Below, piece after piece: positions 17,384 through 26,700 of a stretch of DNA of 32,000 bases (positions within the stretch are counted from its first letter, which is position 1; every line of letters starts with the position of its first letter). The position numbers and the translations under genes were made by a program. Where the stretch lies: positions 30,001 through 62,000 of the forward strand of contig JBAZYK010000008.1 of assembly GCA_041659405.1 (NCBI GenBank). Direction: 5' to 3'. Below the pieces are notes generated by a model. That model was not told where the DNA came from. It saw nothing but the letters and a program-made list of their open reading frames with translations, and did not search any database. The DNA comes from Candidatus Altimarinota bacterium (GTDB lineage Bacteria > Patescibacteriota > Gracilibacteria > UBA1369).

Positions 17384-18895
17384 CTATTTTTTCAGCGCAG
17401 AAACCTGATTCATCGCAATGGTATCATTCAGATTTTCCCTGCGCTTATCCGCGATCAATCTTGCGGTGCGTTCACGCTGCCCAACCAAAGAATTAAGTCG
17501 TGCTCTGGTTAATTTTCCAAAAACCCCGGCTCCCATAGAAGAAGGTGTTCCGGCTAAACCTTGAATTTGCTGGAATTTAAAGACAGCATGGGCCGTCACA
17601 TCGCCATAAAATCCGGATGGTTCAATTGCTAAAAGATTCAGTCTTTTTAGTTCCTGCTGTAATTTTGTAACATTAGCTCCTTTGGAGCCAAGCTGCAAAT
17701 CACCATCAAAGGCATTGGCTACAACAATGGTATCACTGTTAATCTGTGTTAAAGCCGTATTCAACTTATCTGCCAAAATCTGCATGGTTTTAGGCCCAAA
17801 AAAGCCTGCGCCCTGATCTTCACGATTATCTATAATCTGGTTATCTTTCTGAAATTTAAAGATTGCTTCGACCGTTTTATTGTCAAAAACACCATTCACA
17901 TCAACATTATAGTTAAGACGTTTTAAGGCTGTTTGAAGCTTTTTAACTTCCGCGCCCTGATCGTCTTTACCTAAGCTGGTTTGAGGAAGATGATTTTTTA
18001 ATTTGGTTTGATGATCGGTTAGCGCGCTTTCAAGCTCTCGTCTGGATTGAGGGCCAAAGTATCCGGCACCAAAATCCAAAGGAGTATCAATAACTCCTGA
18101 GTCTATTTGGAACTGCATTAAGGCTTTTTGAGTAGAATCATCAAATTTTCCGGTAGGTTCGCTCTTATAATATCCTAGAGTTTTCATAGTAGATTGCATG
18201 CTTTTTACCGCATCACTCTGATCCCCAAACTCAAGGTCGTTTGAAAACAGGGCCGGTTTAGACTGGAATGCAGCCTGTACGAATTTTTCAGCCGCTGAGT
18301 AACCTTCCAAGTAAACCTCTTCTTTTAGATCCGGACGTTGACCATAGACTGTAACATCAACTGTTCTGCGGCCCCAATTTAAAGCTCTTTGAAGGCCGAC
18401 GTCTCCATAGCCCATCCAAACATCAAGGCGATCATAAGCCTGGTTTCGCACACCGGCATGAACAATGGCACCTCCGCGATCATGAACGGCCACTACTCCA
18501 ATTCCGGGAATTTTCATTTTTATACCAAAAGCATAACCAGATGGAGCGGCAATCATACCCGGATAAACAGGAGATCCATCCGCACCATGAACACCTCCAC
18601 CATTCAAGCGCACATCCCCGGCAAAAGAACCCGTTACATATTTGTTTTGATTAGCCAGAGGGGAATAGTAAGCGGAAATAATAAAAGTCTTATCATAAGG
18701 ATAAGCCGGCTTTGCAGGTTGGCTCAAATCTGCCGCCGCAGGTAATTGATCCTGCGTAGTAGCCTGCGTAGAAGCTTCAGCTTGCGTGCTTTGATCTCCG
18801 GCAAAGCTGATGCCCGGCTCCAGCGCGATTAAAGAAGCACAAAGCATAATGAACCACGTCGAAATCTTAATTTTGTTTGTTTGTTTATTTTTCAT
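17384..18895 (-). CDS. secreted cell-wall protein: 3D (MltA/Rpf-associated) domain plus three PG_binding_1 repeats
   Basis: Signal peptide (WFIMLCASLIALEPGISFA). 3D-domain-like region (ISAYYSPL...GDVRLNGGGVHGADGS...VAVHDRGGAI...DRLDVWMG). Three peptidoglycan-binding repeats with the pattern G..V..LQ..L..L.Y......G.F...T..A...FQ. Confidence 0.85.
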   Translation of the reverse strand: MKNKQTNKIKISTWFIMLCASLIALEPGISFAGDQSTQAEASTQATTQDQLPAAADLSQPAKPAYPYDKTFIISAYYSPLANQNKYVTGSFAGDVRLNGGGVHGADGSPVYPGMIAAPSGYAFGIKMKIPGIGVVAVHDRGGAIVHAGVRNQAYDRLDVWMGYGDVGLQRALNWGRRTVDVTVYGQRPDLKEEVYLEGYSAAEKFVQAAFQSKPALFSNDLEFGDQSDAVKSMQSTMKTLGYYKSEPTGKFDDSTQKALMQFQIDSGVIDTPLDFGAGYFGPQSRRELESALTDHQTKLKNHLPQTSLGKDDQGAEVKKLQTALKRLNYNVDVNGVFDNKTVEAIFKFQKDNQIIDNREDQGAGFFGPKTMQILADKLNTALTQINSDTIVVANAFDGDLQLGSKGANVTKLQQELKRLNLLAIEPSGFYGDVTAHAVFKFQQIQGLAGTPSSMGAGVFGKLTRARLNSLVGQRERTARLIADKRRENLNDTIAMNQVSALKK

Positions 18896-18967
18896 ATTAA
18901 TTTTTGTTTGAGTTTATTTTTCTTTTTGGTCCTTTTTTGCCGCCCTTATTTTTAAGGCGATCAGACC

Positions 18968-18976
18968 ATTATATCA
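18968..18976 (-). promoter_or_regulatory. candidate extended -10 promoter (TGaTATAAT) for the 3D/PG-binding gene
   Basis: The minus strand reads tgatataat, about 72 nt upstream of the ATG at 18895. A-tract-rich DNA lies just upstream of it. Confidence 0.45.
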
Positions 18977-19006
18977 TCTAAAAAACCCATAAACAGCAAA
19001 ATATAT

Positions 19007-19043
19007 TGCCAAAAAGCCCCATTATTGTTTGCCTCCAGGGAAC
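19007..19043. repeat. solo fragment resembling the 3' arm of the hairpin repeat
   Basis: ttgccaaaaagcccc attattgtttg cctccagggaac resembles the copy 1 3' arm ttcgccaaaaagccatcctctccaggaaac. The gccaaaaagcc and ctccagg(g)aac blocks are shared. Confidence 0.5.
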
Positions 19044-19139
19044 GAAAAACCCCAAAAAAGCAAAAACTCACCAAAAAATCAGAAAATTCCTTTAGCAGCC
19101 GGGCTCAATACCCAAGCAAAAACCCAAAAAAATCCGCAA

Positions 19140-19338
19140 TTGCATACTTGTTCATTGGCTTATCAAAGTTTTTCTGAGGGGGTGGCTTTTTGGCGACATA
19201 TGCGAGCGCAGCCGTTCATGGCATCATGATGCCATGAACTTCGTGAGGGCGTACATGCTAGCCTCCGCGAATAGGCGAAGCGTTCACAAAAAACATTTCC
19301 CCTGAAAACTTTGATAAAGCCAGTGAACAAGTACGCAA
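19140..19338. repeat. structured hairpin repeat element, copy 2 (function unknown)
   Basis: The 81-nt core 19183-19263 is identical to copy 1. The outer arms 19140-19168 and 19309-19338 are complementary except for 2 mismatches and 1 bulge. The palindrome lies at 19214-19239. The element abuts the stop codon of the ATPase gene at 19339. Confidence 0.9.
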
Positions 19339-21810
19339 CTAAATCGTCACGCCGATTCTACGCATAATCTCATGATCGATAAACTCACGATCACGCCCAT
19401 ATTTAAGCCTTGAAAGCTGTTTAAATGCTTCTGCCGCTTCCATATCTCCTTTTTGAGTGTATGGATTTAATGGGACAATACTAAATGGTCGGCTTGGCTG
19501 TGTATCAATCGAAAGTTTCATTACCGCCTTGAATTTATCCAAATTAACCAGGTCCTGTTCAGAGAAAACCGGAGACATTTCTTTAGCCATATATTCAGCA
19601 TCCTGAGCGCCAATCTTATAAGCCATCATCGTTCCAACGTTACCAAACACCGCATCTTTAACCTTGGATTTTCCATCCGCGCCTTCCAACTGTTTAATGT
19701 ACTGATGCGCCATATTCAGGCCAAGACGGTACTTTCTGGCTTCAGACAAAATCGATTCAATACTATCGGTAATGTAGTTTTGGAATTCATCAATATAAAG
19801 GAAGAAATCCTTGCGCTGATCCTTGGGGATTTTTTGGCGTCTAAGCGCAGCCATTTGCAGTTTGGAAACGATAATCAAACCGATCAACTTGGAGTTAATT
19901 TCACCAACCTCACCTTTGGAAAGATTCATTAACAAGATCTTACCTTCCTGCATTACTTTCATAAAATCAAAGGCCGATTTGGTCTGTCCAATGATGTTAC
20001 GCATCATGGTGTTAGTCACGAATTGACCGAATTTAGCGGCAAAGTAGGGGATCATTTCCTGTTTTTCACGGGCACCGGTCTTGGCCATCTGGTTTTCCCA
20101 GAATGATCTAACCACCGGATTTGTCACATGTTCAACCTGTAATTTCTGAAAGTCATCATCTGTGAAAAGACGGACGATATCCGTTAAAGCGCCGCCTTCC
20201 GGATTAGCCATTAAAGTTAAGCAACCGTTACGGAAATAATCCTGAATACGTGGACCAAAGATCTCTTCATTAAAGAGTTTAATCATAATATTCATGGCAT
20301 CCGAAGCCACAAGTTCCTTTTCTTCCGGAGAATCACCTTCCAACAAATTTAAACCCATCGGACGGTCCAAATCACCTGGATTGAAGTAAATAACGTCATC
20401 CGCACGACTTCTTGGAATAAATGGCAAAATATCATCAATAAGCGATCCATGGGGATCGATCACGGCTATACCATGTCCCATTTCCAAATCCTGACGAATC
20501 ATGGTCTGGAAAATGGAAGATTTACCGGTACCGGTTTGTCCAATAACGTAAAAATGCCTAAAACGATCTTCATTCTTCAGGCGAATTTCGGTAGTAACTC
20601 CGCGGTAATAGTTGTGTCCAAGCAAAATGCCTTCCTTGGGAACATTGGCGGGAGCAGGCGCGATTTTATAGTTCTGCCAGGCAATACTTGGCGTTCTGTT
20701 ATAACGAATATTTGGAAGATGAAATAAAGATGCCACTTCGTCGGAAGCCAAAAGCATCTTTTTATGACTGAGCACCTGTGTCCAGGGTTTGCTAAAATGG
20801 CGGAAAATATAATCCTTGATGATTTTTTTCTCGGAAGCATATTTGCTATGCTCAAAAGAATTCGCCGCCGGTGAGTTATATTGGGCAAAGGCACTGCGAA
20901 TACTGGTTAACTGGGCGCGAGCCTCACGTTCGGTCTCCGAAGCTGTTATAAGGCGAATAATAGTTTCAAAACCGACTTTGGAATTTTTTTCTTCCATGGC
21001 TTTGACCTCTTCATCGGTCATTGGAGTCGTTCGGCTGCTTTCGGCCGGTTTGCTCTCTTCCACCTTGCCATGCACAAAAAAGTCGAATAATGCGGAAATC
21101 CAGCTCAAAGGATTTAAGCCGGAAAACCCATGTTTTTTTTGATTCAAAATATCTTTAGCCTCTTCACGGCCTTTGTGTTGCCAATGATTATCTTTCGGCT
21201 TAACCATAATCTGAATGGCCGCACCTTCGTTCGGGCCCAATTTGGAAAGAGCATTGGTCAAATTGTTCACCGGATCGGAATTAAGCCGGCTATAGCTCCT
21301 AAAAGGGAACATATAGTGCTTTTTCAGCTGCATGTAGCAGGCCGCAAACTTGGAATCCGGTTTAAAAATATTGTAATCGGGTACTTTTTCAACGTAACAT
21401 TCCGGATAAAAACTCGTAATTTGCTTTTCAATCAGGCTCACCAAGTCTCTTGGGACCACCAGATAAAAATAAATCAGATTATCAATAACCGCATATTCAA
21501 AAGACAAAAAGTCCTGGCCGGTAAAATAATGTGTAAAGCCTTTTATGTAGATACTGTGCAAAGATTCAAACATATGGGTCGCAATGCCCAAAACCTCTTT
21601 AAAATCCTTTGAAGCCGAAAAAGAAGCCTGTTCCTGCTCCAGATCTTCTTTGGATTCACGCTTTGGAATTTGGATCTTTAAAAACACCATATTCAGCGAT
21701 CTATGCTGATCTTGGTGATGATGGATTTCGTATTTAACAAAGACAAAAAACAAATAAAACGCAACCGCCGTGGAAATCCCCAGTAATAAATTTAAAAAGA
21801 AATCTTGCAT
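19339..21810 (-). CDS. VirD4/TraD/TraG-like coupling-protein-type P-loop ATPase (FtsK/HerA superfamily) with an unassigned N-terminal half
   Basis: N-terminal TM helix. Walker A VIGQTGTGKSS, then IAVIDPHG and FNPGD..PMGLNLL. Walker B FFLYIDEFQNY. ARKYRLGLNMAHQYIKQL is typical of the TraG/TraD C-terminal region. The first ~400 aa match nothing I recognise. Confidence 0.75.
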   Translation of the reverse strand: MQDFFLNLLLGISTAVAFYLFFVFVKYEIHHHQDQHRSLNMVFLKIQIPKRESKEDLEQEQASFSASKDFKEVLGIATHMFESLHSIYIKGFTHYFTGQDFLSFEYAVIDNLIYFYLVVPRDLVSLIEKQITSFYPECYVEKVPDYNIFKPDSKFAACYMQLKKHYMFPFRSYSRLNSDPVNNLTNALSKLGPNEGAAIQIMVKPKDNHWQHKGREEAKDILNQKKHGFSGLNPLSWISALFDFFVHGKVEESKPAESSRTTPMTDEEVKAMEEKNSKVGFETIIRLITASETEREARAQLTSIRSAFAQYNSPAANSFEHSKYASEKKIIKDYIFRHFSKPWTQVLSHKKMLLASDEVASLFHLPNIRYNRTPSIAWQNYKIAPAPANVPKEGILLGHNYYRGVTTEIRLKNEDRFRHFYVIGQTGTGKSSIFQTMIRQDLEMGHGIAVIDPHGSLIDDILPFIPRSRADDVIYFNPGDLDRPMGLNLLEGDSPEEKELVASDAMNIMIKLFNEEIFGPRIQDYFRNGCLTLMANPEGGALTDIVRLFTDDDFQKLQVEHVTNPVVRSFWENQMAKTGAREKQEMIPYFAAKFGQFVTNTMMRNIIGQTKSAFDFMKVMQEGKILLMNLSKGEVGEINSKLIGLIIVSKLQMAALRRQKIPKDQRKDFFLYIDEFQNYITDSIESILSEARKYRLGLNMAHQYIKQLEGADGKSKVKDAVFGNVGTMMAYKIGAQDAEYMAKEMSPVFSEQDLVNLDKFKAVMKLSIDTQPSRPFSIVPLNPYTQKGDMEAAEAFKQLSRLKYGRDREFIDHEIMRRIGVTI

Positions 21811-21900
21811 AATTAGTTATTTATTCCATCTATTATACTGGAAAAAGCCAAAAAATCATAGTCCCAAAGCCCCAAACGAGCAAATTCCAAACAGTCGCAT

Positions 21901-23673
21901 CTACTTTTTCGGTAAATCAATGCGAATATGCAGCTCTGCAATTTGTTCATCCGGCATTTCCGAAGGTGCATTCAGCATTAGATCTTTTGCCTTTTGATCC
22001 TTAGGAAAAGCCATAACCTCGCGAATATTGGCCTCATCCTGGAATAGCATAATCAGGCGGTCAATTCCCCAGGCAATACCACCATGTGGAGGAGCTCCAA
22101 ATTCAAACGCGTGTAAAAGATGACCAAATCTTCTTTGCGCGTCGTCTTTGCTAATTCCTAAAGTATCAAAAATCTTGCTTTGAAGTTCCGGTGTATGAAT
22201 TCTGATACTGCCGCCACCAATTTCATTGCCGTTCAAAGCCAAATCATAAGCCTTAGCCCTAACTTTTTCCGGCGCGGTATCCAACATGGCCACATCTTCG
22301 TCTTTTGGACTCGTAAACGGATGATGAGCCGAATTTAGGCGCTGTTCCGTTGCGCTCCACTCAAAAAGAGGGAAGTCGTAAACCCAACAAAACGCAAAAA
22401 CATTATTATCACGTAAATTCATTTTATCGCCGCAAGCCAAACGGATTTTGCCCAAGACCTCACAAACCTTCAAAAACTCACCGGCCCCAAAGAAAATAAT
22501 ATCACCGCTTTGAGCCTTAGTTTTTTCAACAAGTGCCTTAACCTCTTCATCTTTAAAGAATTTGAGTAATGACGATTTTGGTCCTTCCGGCGCGATTTGA
22601 ATATAAGCCAAACCTTTTGCCCCAAAGGATTGGGCCAGTTCGGTTAATTCATCAATTTCTTTACGTGTGAATTTATTGCCGCCTTCAACTTTCAAAGCAC
22701 GAACCACGCCACCTGCTTTTACGGCATCGGCAAAAACTTTAAATCCGGATTCTTTTACCAAATCACTTACATCAACAATTTCCATCCCAAAACGAATATC
22801 AGGCTTGTCTGAGCCATATTTATCCATGGATTCCTGCCAGGTCATACGTGGAAAAGGTTTTTTCTGGATTTTTTTATGAGGAACCAAAGTTTCAACCAGG
22901 TTAATCATTAACTCTTCATTGAGTTGAATAATGTCTTCCTGTTCAATAAAAGACATCTCCACATCCAATTGCGTAAACTCAGGCTGGCGATCTCCGCGTT
23001 GATCTTCATCACGGAAACAGCGCGCAATTTGGAAATAACGATCCATGGAAGCCACCATTAAAAGCTGTTTCAATTGCTGTGGTGATTGAGGCAGCACAAA
23101 AAACTTTCCCGGATACAGGCGTGAAGGAACCAGATATTCACGGCTTCCTTCCGGCGTTCCCTTAATCAAAATCGGAGTTTCTATTTCCAAAAAACCTTTG
23201 CTGTCCATATAATCACGAATTTTTTTGATCACGTTGTGGCGCATAATCAGGTTATTCTTCATGCGCTCACGACGAATATCCAAATAACGATACTTCAAAC
23301 GCAACTCTTCATTGACCTCTTTATCCTGATCAATTTCAAATGGTGGAGTCTTGGAACGATTCAAAATTTCGGCACTATTAACAACCACTTCAATTCCTCC
23401 AGTCGTCATCTTGGAATTCTTCATTCCCTCAGGCCTCTTGCGGACACTTCCTTCAATTTTCAAAACAAACTCACTGCGGGCCTCATCCAGAATTTTATAT
23501 CCTTCCGGAGAAACCGTTGGATCAGCGGCAACTTGAGTCAACCCATAACGATCACGCAAATCAATAAAAATCATTCCACCATGATCACGTCGACGATGGA
23601 CCCATCCACAAAGCGTCACTTTTTGATCAACATTAGTTTCAGTTAGTTCATTACAGGTATGAGTTCGGAGCAT
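21901..23673 (-). CDS. aspS: aspartate--tRNA ligase (bacterial type)
   Basis: N-terminal OB domain (VTLCGWVHRRRDHGGMIFIDLRD). Class II motifs FRDEDQRGDRQPEFTQLD and GGGSIRIH. An insertion (GAD-like) domain is present; 590 aa. Confidence 0.95.
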   Translation of the reverse strand: MLRTHTCNELTETNVDQKVTLCGWVHRRRDHGGMIFIDLRDRYGLTQVAADPTVSPEGYKILDEARSEFVLKIEGSVRKRPEGMKNSKMTTGGIEVVVNSAEILNRSKTPPFEIDQDKEVNEELRLKYRYLDIRRERMKNNLIMRHNVIKKIRDYMDSKGFLEIETPILIKGTPEGSREYLVPSRLYPGKFFVLPQSPQQLKQLLMVASMDRYFQIARCFRDEDQRGDRQPEFTQLDVEMSFIEQEDIIQLNEELMINLVETLVPHKKIQKKPFPRMTWQESMDKYGSDKPDIRFGMEIVDVSDLVKESGFKVFADAVKAGGVVRALKVEGGNKFTRKEIDELTELAQSFGAKGLAYIQIAPEGPKSSLLKFFKDEEVKALVEKTKAQSGDIIFFGAGEFLKVCEVLGKIRLACGDKMNLRDNNVFAFCWVYDFPLFEWSATEQRLNSAHHPFTSPKDEDVAMLDTAPEKVRAKAYDLALNGNEIGGGSIRIHTPELQSKIFDTLGISKDDAQRRFGHLLHAFEFGAPPHGGIAWGIDRLIMLFQDEANIREVMAFPKDQKAKDLMLNAPSEMPDEQIAELHIRIDLPKK

Positions 23674-23701
23674 AAAAATTCATTAGCAAACGCCCTACAT
23701 C

Positions 23702-26700
23702 TTAACTCAACATAACGTTAAGTTCTAGCTTAAGTTCATCACTCAAATTAATGCCAAAAGGAAGCTTTAATCGTTTTTGCCCCAAAAGAATTTCCACCTT
23801 TCTTTCACCGGGATAGCGCAAAAGCAGCTGTTTTAAATCTTCCATTTTTTTCAATTGAAAATGCGGCGGAATCGTCACGCAAAATGGATCTTCCTGCCAT
23901 GGCTCCAAATTTTGAGCGGCAGAACTTTCATCTGGTGCGTGGGTCACCGGCTCTTCCATTAAAGGATCTTCCACGGCTACAGGATCAGGAGTTAAGGTCT
24001 TTTGTTTGCGGCTCATTTTTTCTTTAGGATCGTACATGTTGAGTTCCTGAGCATTTCTGATCATGCTATCCAAAGAAACCGCCTTGGCTGTGTTGACCGA
24101 AAATTGCAGACTATCGCGTCGCAAATCCAAACGGCCTTCCATAATCAAAAGCTGGTCCTCTTTAATAAGCTCGCCATATAGTTGATAAACTTTTGGAAAA
24201 ACCACAAACTCGATTCTGCCTGTTGGATCCTCAACTTCGCCATAAACCATATAAGCGCCACTTTTGGTAAAAACCTTTTTTGCTTTTGTTATAATTCCGC
24301 CAATTTTAACCAATTTACCAACGTGTTTTTTGGCTAAAGAGTCAATAATATTAACTTTTTTGGACAGATATTTTTTTAAACCTCTCAGTGGATGACCGGA
24401 AACAAAAAGTCCCATATATTTTTTCTCCCATGACAATCTTTCCATCAAACTGGTTGGAGCGGCTTTCTTTAGAGTAAAAGTCTGAGTAGAAGACTCCTGC
24501 ACTTCCTCCATCATTCCAAAAATATCAGTTTGGCCTTGCGCGCTAACCTCATGGGCAAATTTTGAAAACTTCGACATTGCTTCAAAACCTTCGGCCAATG
24601 ATTTACGGTCCCCAAGTTCATCCAAAGCCCCGGAATAAGCCAAAGCTTCAATCGTTTTTTTATTGATAAGTTTGGCCGGAGCGCGCTTTAAAAATTCTTC
24701 AATCGTTGTGAATTTACCACCTTTTCTCACTTCGATTAGGTCCAAAATAACGCCTTCACCAAGCCCTTTTATGGCTGTTAAACCAAAGCGAATCGTTTTT
24801 TCATCAACAACCGTAAAATTCGCGAAAGAATCATTTATCGAAGGAGGAAGTACCGCAATTCCCATTTCATTACATTCATTCATTTCCAAAACGACCCGTT
24901 CGGTATTGTCATAATCCGATGAAAGCAGCGCCGCCATAAACTCAATCGGATAATGCGATTTTAAATAGGCGGTTTGATAAGAAATCATGGCATAACAAGC
25001 CGCATGAGCTTTGTTGAAACCATAACCCGCAAACGGCTCAATAACCTTCTCGAAAACCTCTTTTGCAAACTTTTCTCCATGTCCCTGCCCGATTGCTCCT
25101 TTCACAAATTTCTCTTTTTGCTCATTTAAAAGTGCCAGAATCTTTTTACCCACCGCTTTACGCAAAAGATCAGCTTCCCCCAATGAAAATCCGGCAAAAT
25201 CGCGGGCAATTTGTAAAATTTGTTCCTGATAAATCGCCACGCCATTGGTTTCATTCAAAATTTTCTCGAACGAAGGATGAAAATATCTTATACTGCTTGG
25301 ATCGTGTTTTCCTTTAATATACTGCGGAATCCACTCCATTGGACCGGGACGATAAAGCGAAATCATCGCAATAATATCTTCAAAACGGGTCGGTTTTAAC
25401 TCGCGAATATATCTTCTCATGCCGGGGGATTCCAATTGAAAAACGCCGGTAGTATCGCCTTTTTGCAAAAGATCAAAACTGGCGGCATCATCCATCGGAA
25501 TAGTTTCAAGCACAAAATCAATGTCATGCCTGAATTTTATCAATTGCAGTGTTCTTTGGATGATACTCAGGTTTTTTAAGCCCAAAAAGTCCATTTTCAA
25601 AAGACCAATCTCCTCAATCGGCTTCATTGAATATTGAGTGATCACTTCTTCGCCGCCACCGGTTGACCTTTGTACGGGACAATAATTGATCAATGGCAAT
25701 TCAGACATCACCACCGCCGAAGCATGAGTTCCGGCATGACGCACAGTTCCTTCCAATTGAATCGCATTGTCTAAAAGTGCCTTTGTTCTTGGCTCGCTTC
25801 TATAAACCGCGCTCAATTCCGAGCTTTCTTCAACGGAAACCTTTAAAGGTGAATGTTTCCCCAAAATTGGCATCGGAATAAGTTTGGAAATACGGTCAAC
25901 TTCAGCATAAGGATAACCCATCGCACGACCAACATCTCTTACCGCCGCTTTAGCCGCCATGGTTCCAAAAGTGATAATCTGCGCCACACAATCTTTGCCA
26001 TATTTTTCCGTAACATAAGCCAAAACCTCGTCTCTTCTGGTATCCGCAAAATCAATATCAATATCCGGCATACTCACACGTTCCGGATTCAAGAAGCGTT
26101 CAAAAATCAGCCCATATTTTAAAGGATCAAGCTGCGTAATATTTAAAGTATAAGTAATGAGCGATCCCGCCGCCGAACCACGACCCGGCCCCACTGTAAT
26201 TCCCTGATCCTTGGCAAATCTCACAAAATCCCAAACAATCAAAAAGTAATCGTCAAAGCCCATCTTATGGACAATTCCAAGCTCATAATTTAGCTGAGCG
26301 ATGGCTTTTTCCGGTGTTGGATCCCCAAATTTCTTTTTAAGCCCCTCTTCACACAATTTTCTAAGATATGATTCCGAAGTTTCATTACCCGGTTTCTTAA
26401 AAATAGGAATAAGACTCGCCCCAAGTTCAATCGTAAGATCGCATCGTTCCGCTATTTTCGCCGTATTATCAATCGCTTCGGGAACATGCGCAAAAACCCG
26501 GCGCATTTCTTCTTCACTTTGCATCGAAAAATCGCCATCAAATTTCATTCTATTTTCCACTTCCAGGGTCGTTTGAGTCTGAATACAAAGCAAAATATCC
26601 TGTGCCAGCGCATCTCCTTTTTTTACATAATGAGAATCCTGAGTAGCCACCAAAGGCGCCCCGGTTATTTTAGAAAGCTCAATCAAGCGGTCATTTAAGA

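Noticed and set aside
17163-17408. Track ORFs 17163-17408 (81 aa) and 19029-19229 (66 aa), plus a possible short basic peptide starting MNFVRAYMLA encoded in both repeat copies
   Set aside because: Both ORFs run through the hairpin repeat or the A-tract DNA. They read the shared core in different frames. The shared ATG sits inside the 26-bp palindrome stem. The similarity is explained by the DNA repeat itself, not by conserved coding.
21831-21850. TATAAT at 21831-21836 (minus strand) as the ATPase gene promoter, and ggaaaaagccaaaaaatca as another fragment of the repeat arm
   Set aside because: The -10 hexamer is perfect, but I found no convincing -35 or TG extension. The similarity to the repeat arm is only a 9-mer in A-rich sequence.
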